Positions 27,528 through 38,941 of a stretch of DNA of 64,000 nucleotides are shown one piece after another. A model generated the notes under the pieces. The model was given only the letters and a program-made list of their open reading frames with translations. It had not been told where the DNA came from and did no database searches. The position numbers were made by a program, and so were the translations under genes. Location: assembly GCF_000143415.4 (NCBI RefSeq), contig NW_003314381.1, positions 400,293 through 464,292 on the forward strand, in the 5' to 3' direction. This DNA comes from Selaginella moellendorffii. Taxonomy: Eukaryota > Plantae > Lycopodiophyta. Within the stretch, counting starts at the first letter, position 1. Each line of letters opens with the position of its first letter.

Positions 27528-28935
27528 TTACTTCTTTCCTTTGCGCGTTGCCATGGCGTCGGCTTCGACGTCTACGCTGTGGAGATTGAGCAGCAGCGAG
27601 TCCGAGTCGAGGAAGAGCTTGTTTGCCGAGTTTGCGACGGTGTGAGCAATCTCCCGGCTGGCTTCGATGCGTCGCAGTGTCACAAACGCGGGATTGTTGG
27701 AGATGGCTTCTCCAATCAGCTGCGCGCTCTTTGCTTCTCCCTGTCAAGTTTGCAACAACAAAGCCATGAAAAGAAGTAGAACATGGAAAAGGCAAATCTT
27801 TACGAAAGACTCACGGAGAAAAGGGAGTAAACAAGCTCATTGTTAAACAAGCTCATTGTCGAAGCGATAAAAATTAACAAAAAAAATCTTTGCAGCACCA
27901 TCCACGAAACCAAGAAGAAAAGAAAGAACGAGGAAGAAGAACAAAGAGAGCAAAGAAGGAACAAAGAACGATGAAAAACAAAGAAAGAGAACGGGCAAGA
28001 AGAACAAAGAACGAAAACAAGGACATGCCTGAGCTCGGATGATGGCGCTGCGCTTGTCCTGCTCGGCTTTCTCGACGATGAACTTGGCACGCTCGGCTTC
28101 CTGTGCCGCGACTTGCTTCGCCTCAATGGCAGCCGTGAACTCCTTTCCAAACGTAAGACCCGTGATGGAAACGTCGTCCAGAGCGATGTCGAATTGCGAG
28201 GCGCGCTCGGTCAGGATTCGTCTGATCTCCCTGCTCACCACCTACAAAACCCTGTGAGTACAAACTCGCAGAAACGCTCTTGCTCACCTCTCGCTGAGTG
28301 ATGAGCTGACTTGCGTTGTACTGCGCAACCACCGACTTAAGCGTCTCGTGAATGATCGAAGGCAAGACCCTCTCCGCGTAGTCCTGTCCCAGGGTGCGAT
28401 AGATCGACGGGAGACGGTCCGCGATCGGCCGTGTTAGAACACGAAGCGAGATTCTGACCTGAGAGCAAGAACACAAAATCAGTTCCAGCCTCACGGAATG
28501 AACAAGAACTAGAAAAGTTCTCGTAGAACACACTAAAACGAACTGATCTTACCATCTGGAGATCCTTGCTGCCGGAAGTACTCTCGACCAAGTTGGGTCT
28601 AGCACGGACATCGTAGATCACTGGCCTGTCAAACCACGGCACCATCAAATGCGTTCCTTCGGGATAGACCTGGAAGGCAAAAGATCAATCGAACTCTACA
28701 AAAAGGGCGATCCCCGAAATAAAAGAGAGAGCAATGCGATGCTTGCGGCAAGCTCGCCTACCTTGTCCTTGACCCCGACGAGGCGATTGAAGACGATGGC
28801 GCGATGCCCGGCGTCCACATTGTACAAGCTGTTGGCGAGGGCGTAGATCCCCACACCGGCGACAGTGAGTACCTTGGCCAGCGCTCCCGCGGGGCCAGCG
28901 CCTGACGGCATCTTCACATTGCGGAAATTGTTCAT
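27528..28935 (-). CDS. PHB: Prohibitin (PHB2 type, plant PHB1/2/6-like), multi-exon
   Basis: [67 protein letters not shown]. Last exon 27740-27528 begins [10 protein letters not shown]. The last intron has a GC donor at 28028. Confidence 0.95.
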
Positions 28936-29068
28936 CCTCGCTGCGCCTCCACGCCTCCACGCCTTCCACCTCGCAAAGGGTTAGGGCATCTGGGCGTGAG
29001 GGTTTTGGGTTTAAACTCCTAGACAGATTAGCCAAATAATTAATTAGGACTAAACGGTAGCTGCCCTA

Positions 29069-29117
29069 AGTCAAGGCATTTAAGGGTAAAGCTCCTGTGA
29101 AGTCAACGTCAAGTCAA
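29069..29117 (-). promoter_or_regulatory. Cluster of W-box cores upstream of prohibitin
   Basis: AGTCAA at 29069, 29101 and 29112 plus GTCAA at 29108 (TTGAC[T] on the minus strand). Confidence 0.35.
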
Positions 29118-29363
29118 CTCCAGTCATAGATGATGTCTGGATTGCAAGAGAAGCTCAAAATATTCTACTTGATGAATGATCAATGCATGCGTTTCCTATA
29201 ACAAGGATTTTGATAAGCAACATAGCCATTGATTTCCTTCCTACATTTGCAGTATGTTGATACAGATTTAATAATTTGTTTTATTAAAAATAAAGGAAAA
29301 CTTGTCAAAGAAAACCTTCATGGCATTTTTTAAGCAAACATTCACTGATTTTTCACCAAATAA

Positions 29364-31458
29364 TTAACTTCTCCCTATTGGGAACACGAATTTAATTAAC
29401 GTCGAGGTTCTCAGTTTCGATCTGATGAGAACATCTGCTGTGTCACCCGACCATGAAAACTGGAAGACAATACCAGGAACAGTCAAGACTCCGAGCCTCT
29501 GTGTGTCCATGTTGAGGATAGCAGGCAGAGAAGACATCACATGTGTTCGAAGACGCTGGAATAAAAAACAAAAAATACAACATTGACACAAATACTAGAT
29601 AACTGATGCCTACCTCGTTCACAAAAATTGTCAACTCTTTCCCAGCTAGCTTACCAGCCGTGCACTTGATACTCAAAGCAGTTTCCTCCTTCAATTCAGT
29701 GTGTACTGTGGTCCGAACGGCTTCGATCGATACGCCAAACACAGTCACGCCGTCTTCCATCTCCTTGCATTGTACGCTTCCCTTTCCTGTTGGATTGTAA
29801 TGAGATGCAGGAAGAGACCAAACAAAATACCCATATAAGAACTTGCACGTACCTCCTCGCATCAACACTGTTGGGAACTTCGCCTCCCCCGATTTTCTGC
29901 TCATGTCCCCAAACTTGAGTCCTCCAGTATCAAATGTACCATCCATCCTCGAACGGACAATGTCAAAGATCTCCTCGATGGTCGAGCAGCTGATCGAGCC
30001 GTTAACGTGATCCTGCATCTTGAGAGCAATCGTCATCTGGAAAGGCAGGTACGTCCTCTTTTTCTTCCGCTCAGGCGTCTCCTCTTTCTTGATCCACTCT
30101 GGACTTCTCGCTCGCTTCTTCGACTGCTGCTGCAGCGGCTGATCATCTGGAACGTCTTCCACCACACACAAGGGTTCTGAATCCAAAGACTTGCCACCCT
30201 CCATCTTCACTAAAACGGCGTACACTTGGTCTTCCTCCTTCACACCTTGCAGGCCCGACGGGACGTCAGGATGCTCCCTTCTGAACGCCATCAGCGAAGA
30301 GCACAAGGCGTCGTAGTCGCTTTTGTTCATTGCTCTCTGCTTCAGTGCAGTCGAGATATGGAAAAGGACGAGTGGGGGGTACAGCGAGTCTATCGGAGGG
30401 AACGACATGCTGCTAGGCTGTAGATAGTGGAGGCCAGATACTTGCAGGTTGAGACTGTTGCCTGAGAAGAACTTCACGTCACGCTTCTCCAAATGCAGGC
30501 CAATGGCATCATCATCAATGCTACAGAAGTGACCACCCTGCGAGAGTCGGTGGTGAGCATAGCGTTCGAACAAGACCCAAGCTGCACTCTGCAGTGAAGG
30601 CAGTGCCCGAGTGCACTCCATCCAGTCCTCGATCTGTCCCTTGTAGCATGCAATGGCGAAACAATCTACGACCCACTCCGAAGTGAAGGAGATATGATCC
30701 ACACAGGTAAAGTCCAGACTTGGCCAGGAAACAGAGGTCTCTGGCAAAAATAATGCACGGTAAATGTTGAGCTCTCCCACTTTCACAGCATGGTTCACAG
30801 CCATGCCTATCATGTTGTATACAAGTTCCAAAGGCATGAAGTAGTACCTCACGATTGGCCCGGCTATGTAGTACGTCGCCCAGAAGTCGATGTGCGACTT
30901 ATCTGCGTTCTCGGGCGCCGAGAAGTAAACCTGCTGCAACTCCTCGACAGACCAAGGAGGCATGTAGAGCGCAAAGAAGCCTCTCGCATTGATGAGTTTG
31001 AGCGCGTCCACCCAATTCCTCTCCTCCGGTGATGCAAAGAGCACAGTATGTCTAGCGAAGTTCCCAACAAACTCCTGATCCGTGAGAAGCCAAGCCCCCG
31101 GGATTTCGTAATCCTCTTTAGAACTGGGCGCGTAACTCCCATCCGGTTTGAAGATGTAAACCCTCTTCTTCTTTTTTTCGACGAGCTGAACTATCACGGC
31201 CGGTATCCCTTCTTCACTGAGGAGCCGTTTCAGGACGTACCACAGAAAGCACGACTTGCCGATTCCAGGGTTTCCTGATATGTGGATGTAGCTCTTGCCC
31301 AGGCTTGCGAGCTCTCTCATGTCGGCATAGAGATCCTCATAGCATTCCCGTATCCACACTTTCCGCCTCCTCCTGGCGATGGGAGGGAGATCTATCCACC
31401 TACCATCAGGGTCTGTCGCTGCACGCCCATCATCCCCAACTGGCGCTATCAATTCCAT
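29364..31458 (-). CDS. CR (Crinkler/RHS-type) NTPase + restriction-endonuclease-like protein, copy 1
   Basis: WIRECY..ISGNPGIGKS (Walker A), WLLTD (Walker B-like), VLFASP, YMPPWSVEEL, GPIVRY, LFERYAH, YLQP..FPPIDS..LFHIST, bipartite basic NLS-like stretch. ATG at 31458, 58-nt intron 29613-29556, last exon ends FVFPIGRS*. Confidence 0.8.
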
Positions 31459-31699
31459 CCGCACCGCTCTCCCGCTAGGGCCGTAAAGAGAGAATATACC
31501 TGATATACTCCAGCTCAACTTAGAAAATATATTTGTTTTAAAAATAATTATATCAAATCAAACTTTTGTAAACCTTGTTGAGAGATTCAGCGTGATGCCA
31601 TCAAATTCAACTTTATCCAGACCTTTTTGGTTGGCATGACATGGTTCCTTTTCTTTTTTATCTTGTATGTTTTGTAGAGCCAGATTTTGCTCTTTGGAA

Positions 31700-32715
<1,016 letters not shown>

Positions 32716-34229
32716 CCCAAAGAGATTCTCTAAAATATTTTACTATAAAAATATTTTAATGGTATGAGAGATATTTTTATATTGCCCCTTTTCCCTTGGA
32801 GGATAAATCACAAAGTTTAGTTAAGTATGTTGCCTCCTATTTGGCAACTCTACTAAAGAATATTACTTCATTCACTATAGTTTCTTTTCTTGGGTACATA
32901 TCCTTGCTTTTTGAAAAAATAATGAAAAGATGTTAAAATAAAAGCTAAAATAATAGGAACCTTGATAAATGGCTATATTGAATAGGATGAAAAAAAACAC
33001 CACTCTATATATATAAAAAATGCTTGGGCTAAACCTTGATCAATGGCTATATTGAACAAAATGAAAAAAAACCTCCCCTATATATAAAAGAAATGTTAGG
33101 TAGATTTATAACAAATGCCTAGAGACTATTTATCTCAACACTCCCTTTAGAAGATCCTATGAGCACAGTTTCCCATGGATAATTCAGCCCTTCATGCCCT
33201 GCCAAAAAATGCACCAAATCACTAAAAATTGACCATGATATAAAAGCTTGGCTCAGGCATCCCAAGGGACAACTGTCACAAGTTCTTCCTCCAATCAATG
33301 ACAATTTTGTGCCTCACACACATGTTTTCATTTTAAGTTATTATCTTAAACGAGTTATTATCCTTATATAGTGTAAGGGTATATTGATGGATAGTTGAGA
33401 TAGGGACATTGTGGAAAAAATAACATAATACAAGTATGTATTATGTTCATGCTTTCTTCCTCTATATTGATTTTTCTAGCACATTATTAAAGCTTATTAT
33501 TTAACATATGAAGCCCTGAAATTTTTGTGTGGATTTTAAGGGAAAGAAGAGTGGGATATGATTGATTGCTTTATAACAAAAGCTGGAACACCAAAAGACT
33601 GGTGTATTCTAAGAAATCAACTACCTATTTATTTATATTGTTCTTGCATCTCTTTTTTTTTGGGTTTAATTTCATTACATTATAAATTTTGGGAACAGTG
33701 GATCATGTAATAGTAGATATCGAGGTGATACTTTCAAAAGTGATACCTTTTGTGTACAATAAAAAAAGTGTAATTGCACTTTGGTAATAATATGGATCAT
33801 AAATTAGTAAAAAAAAAAGATGATATAGTTGCACATGTTACATAAAGTGTCTATTCATGTGAGATGTGCTGTGCAATTAAAACATGATTGTATGCATAAT
33901 AATTTTGTGTGTAATTAAAAACAAGAAATAAGAATAATCTGAATAAATAAAAACTATTTATTTTAATATCACTCGTGCCTAAAAGAAAGTCCAAGATGCT
34001 TAGGGTAAGAAAGAAAAGGAAATTTTGTTGAAATAAAAGTTTTATTTGATATAAATGTTTTTGAAAAAAAATATATTTTCTAAGTTGGAGCTGAAGTATA
34101 TATATATATATCTATATAGAGAGAATCACATAAGTATATTCTCTCTTCAGGGCCCTAGCTAGAGCATGGTGTGCGGATGGTATTTACGCAAGGTCTACTA
34201 CTTCTTGTGTGGTTCCTTGTTTCCTGGAT

Positions 34230-34870
34230 GCATCTCGGTGTTCAGACCTTCCACTACAACAACATGAACAAGACATTGTTGATACTTAGGAAATATAAGT
34301 CGCCAATCCAGAAAATACCAATAACACCGATAAATATGATTAACTTTATCAGACTACCAACAATAGACATCACGACCATAACCACATCCTCGCCCTTGTC
34401 TTTGAACTTAAGCAACAGTAACATCAACCTCCATTGGAACAGAACCATTTTTCATAGGAAATGGACTCTTGCTTCGTGTAGAGCTAAATATGTCAAAGTG
34501 AATCAAGCTATAAATGTTGTGGCTAACATTTTGTCAAGATTTTGTAGGATTTGTACATGCACTTGCTCTAGCCATCCTTGACAATGCCCTTCACTTGACA
34601 TAATGTTATGAAACATTGCCTCTTCCACTTCTCACTACACATCCTTTAGTTCCACTTCCTCAAATGCCAAATTGCATTACCGACTCATATGGCCCTTGAC
34701 GAATATGATGTAATTTTTAGAAGACATCATCACAATTGTTAGCATATTTAAATGCACGTTTAAATACGTCCAGGAAAATATTCCAACCCTCACAAATAAC
34801 TACGCTCATACCATTATACCACTGTAACACCATCTCTTGGAGATACGTGGGAAACTTATGCAAACATTGA
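34230..34870 (-). mobile_element. Degenerate retrotransposon gag fragment within the repeat spacer
   Basis: Homologous to 51057-51710 (FPTYLQG..LRWY..F..F..AFQKL..IHQG..ESV). Confidence 0.6.
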
Positions 34871-34966
34871 GCATTATCCCAAAAATGATATGTGCCAATT
34901 ATCGTGAAGTGATCAAACTAATAATACACATCATTCCCAAAATTCCCACTGAATAACTCTGGCTGG

Positions 34967-34985
34967 TAGGGTTTAGGGTTTAGGG
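34967..34985 (+). repeat. Short interstitial plant telomere repeat (TTTAGGG)
   Basis: TAGGG TTTAGGG TTTAGGG. Confidence 0.75.
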
Positions 34986-36393
34986 CCAATATCAAGGGCC
35001 ATATAAATCAAGGAAGTAGAGTTGAAGGATGTGTAGTGATAAGTGGAAGAGGCAATGTTTTATAACGTTATGTCAAACGAAGGGCATTGTTAAAGATGGC
35101 TAGAGCAAGTGCATGCACAAATCCTAGCAGCAGGAGGAGCTGTACCACGTGCTGTGAATATTGCCATCAATTAAGTTTGATTGTTTAGTTGCAACTATAT
35201 ACCATCAATTAATTTCACCAACTACTGCTCCAATCAAAAGAGAAGGAGGTTGTTACTCTACCACGTAGATGAATGAAAATAAATAAATAAAAGAAAAAAA
35301 GTTGAGAAAAGCTAAAAGAAAAGGGAAATCTAAACAATGGATCTACCCAACATTCTAATTAAAATTGCCTTTCATCTCCATCAGTGCGAATGCGTGGAAT
35401 AAGGAAAGAGAATATAAAAAATCTGTATATCAATTAGCCAAGAAACCTTAGTTTATGTATTAATCAAAATTGAAACTAACCCGACGGCTATTAAAATCCC
35501 AAATATTAATATATAACATCATAATTGTACACTTGGACCTCACAAAGAGTGCTATGCCACAACTCTGACAATTGTATATATATGGCAATGGTACATTATT
35601 TTCTCTTCCTTTCTTTTGTTTTGGTTTGCAGTCTAAACTAGGAGATGACTTGATACAAACTCCATGTCCTGAGACCTTAGCCCTTGACTGCACTAAACGT
35701 CTCGTGATGACAAACATAGCAAAGTGATGAGATTATTTTATTTGTTTACAGCCTCTTTTCTAATTTCTCAGAGCGCTCAAATGATGCACCTAAACGAAAG
35801 TTGAGAAGTTGGAAAACACTTAAGCGAGAGTGTCTCTAGAGAGTGTGCCGCAGCTCTCTACCTCAAGTTGGCCATCGTGCTTGCTTCTTCCAGAGGAGGA
35901 GGAGCTGGAGCGAGCTCGTCCAGTTCTTCCAGCTCACAATCGCCACCTCTGTGGTAAATCATCGGCAATCTCCCACGAAGGCATGCGGACTATCCACGCT
36001 CTTGGCTGAATGTGCATGTTCCTCCAGAGTCCAGCACACAATCTTGATGATTGTGGAGGTAGACTGCACAGCCTGCAAGTCGATGGTCACGGAGGGATCT
36101 TAATGATAAATGGCTTCAATATCTCGGATTTTGCGGTTCCAGATCAAGGACGTGATAAAGGCTGCTTCCTTTCCCTACAGTCCCTGCGATGACCGGCTCG
36201 TCTCACCCACTTTCGGCTCCTTCGATATGGAGCGCCACTACTCCCACGAATCTGCTCGTCCCGGGCCCAGCTTGCCCACAAATCGATTTCCACGTGGCAT
36301 GTCCAGCTGTACTGAACCATTTGAATTTAGACGAAGTCAAGTACATTCCAAACACACTTGTCAGCTTTATACATAACTAGTCTTCTTATCCCG

Positions 36394-38488
36394 CTACCCC
36401 TCATCCGATGGGAACACGAATTTAATTAACGTCGAGGTTCTCAGCTTCGATCTGATGAGAACATCTGCTATGTCACCTGACCATGAAAACTGGTAGACAA
36501 CACCAGGAACAGTCAAGACTCCGAGCCTCTGTGTGTCCATGTTGAGGATAGCAGGCAGAGAAGACATCACATGTGTTCGAAGACGCTGGAATAAAAAACA
36601 AAAAATACAACATTGACACAAATACTAGATAACTGATGCCTACCTCGTTCACAAAAATTGTCAACTCTTTCCCAGCTAGCTTACCAGCCGTGCACTTGAT
36701 ACTCAAAGCAGTTTCCTCCTTCAATTCAGTGTGTACTGTGGTCCGAACGGCTTCGATCGATACGCCAAACACAGTCACGCCGTCTTCCATCTCCTTGCAT
36801 TGTACACTTCCCTTTCCTGTTGGATTGTAATGAGATGCAGGAAGAGACCAAACAAAATACCCATATAAGAACTTGCACGTACCTCCTCGCATCAACACTG
36901 TTGGGAACTTCGCCTCCCCCGATTTTCTGCTCATGTCCCCAAACTTGAGTCCTCCAGTATCAACTGTACCGTCCATCCTCGAACGGACAATGTCGAAGAC
37001 CTCCTCGATGGTCGAGCAGCTGATCGAGCCGTTAACGTGATCCTGCATCTTGAGAGCAATCGTCATCTGGAAAGGCAGGTATGTCCTCTTTTTCTTCCGC
37101 TCAGGCGTCTCCTCTTTCTTGATCCACTCTGGACTTCTCGCTCGCTTCTTCGACTGCTGCTGCAGCGGCTGATCATCTGGAACATCTTCCACCACACACA
37201 AGGGTTCTGAATCCAAAGACTTGCCACCCTCCATCTTCACTAAAACGGCATACACTTGATCTTCCTCCTTCGTGCCTTGCAGGCCCGACGGAACGTCAGG
37301 ATGCTCCCTTCTGAACGCCATCAGCAAAGAGCACAAGGCGTCGTAGTCGCTTTTGTTCATTGCTCTCTGCTTCAGTGCAGTCGAGATATGGAAAAGGACA
37401 AATGGGGGATACACCGAGTCTATCGGAGGGAATGACATGCTGCTAGGCTGTAGATAGTGGAGGCCAGGTACTTGCAGGTTGAGACTGTTGCCTGAGAAGA
37501 ACTTCACGTCACGCTTCTCCAAATGCAGGCCAATGGCATCATCATTGATGCTACAGAAGTGACCACCCTGCGAGAGTCGGTGGTGAGCATAGCGTTCGAA
37601 CAAGACCCAAGCTGCACTCTGCAGTGAAGGCAGTGCCCGAGTGCACTCCATCCAGTCCTTGATCTGTCCCTTGTAGCATGCAATGGCGAAACAATCTACA
37701 ACCCACTCCGAAGTGAAGGAGATATGATCCACACAGGTAAAGTCCAGACTTGGCCAGGAAACAGAGGTCTCTGGCAAAAATAATGCACGGTAAATGTTGA
37801 GCTCTCCCACTTTCACAGCATGGTTCACAGCCATGCCTATCATGTTGTATACAAGTTCCAAAGGCATGAAGTAGTACCTCACGATTGGCCCGGCTATGTA
37901 GTAAGTCGCCCAGAAGTCGACGTGCGACTTATCTGCGTTCTCGGGCGCCGAGAAGTAAACCTGCTGCAACTCCTCGACAGACCAAGGAGGCATGTAAAGC
38001 GCAAAGAAGTCTATCTCATTGATGAGTTTGAGCGCGTCCACCCAATTGCTCTCCTCCGGTGATGCAAAGAGCACAGTATGTCTAGCGAAGTTCCCAACAA
38101 ACTCCTGATCCGTGAGAAGCCAAGCCCCCGGGATTTCGTAATCCTCTTTAGAACCGGGCGCGTAACTCCCATCCGGTTTGAAGATGTAAACCCTCTTCTT
38201 CTTTTTTTCGACGAGCTGAACTATCACGGCCGGTATCCCTTCTTCACTGAGGAGCCGTTTCAGGACGTACCACAGAAAGCACGACTTGCCAATTCCAGGG
38301 TTTCCTGATATGTGGATGTAGCTCTTGCCCAGGCTTGCGAGCTCTCTCATGTCGGCATAGAGATCCTCATAGCATTCCCGTATCCACACTTTCCGCTTCC
38401 TCCTGGCGATGGGAGGGAGATCTATCCACCTACCATCAGGGTCTGTCGCTGCATGCCCATCATCCCCAACTGGCGCTATCGATTCCAT
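36394..38488 (-). CDS. CR NTPase + REase-like protein, copy 2
   Basis: Near-identical to copy 1 at an offset of 7030 bp. Same intron. Last exon ends FVFPSDEG*. Confidence 0.8.
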
Positions 38489-38941
38489 CCGCACCTCTCT
38501 CCGGCTAGGGCCCTAAAGAGAGAATATACCTGATATGCTCCAGCTCAACTTAGAAAATATATTTGTTTTAAAAATAATTATATCAAATCAAACTTTTGTT
38601 TCAACAAAATTTCCTCTTTTTTTTACCCTAAGTGTCTTGGATTTTTTTTGGGCAGCATAATGGAATTTTAGTAGCCATTAGGTTAGTTTCAATCTAGATT
38701 AATATATAAACTAAGGTTTTTAGGCTAATTGATATGCAAATTTTTTATATTCTCTTTCCTTATTCCATGCATTCACACTGATGGAGATGAAAGGCAGTTT
38801 TAATTAAAATGCTAAATAGATCCATTATTTAGATGTCCCTTTTCTTTTAGCTTTTCTCAACTTCTTTTTTTTTACTTATTTCTTTTCATTCATTTACGTG
38901 GTAGAGTAACAACCTCCTTCTCCTTTGACTGGAGCACTAAT

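Noticed and set aside
29443-31518. NB-ARC/NLR resistance gene
   Set aside because: Walker A is present, but there is no GLPL, MHD, RNBS or LRR. The motifs fit a CR-NTPase instead.
35843-36380. Repeated short + strand ORFs (also 54744-55295 and 61789-62326)
   Set aside because: Recurrence reflects the duplication. No domain recognised and indels differ between copies. They might be further CR exons or UTR, but I could not build a consistent model.
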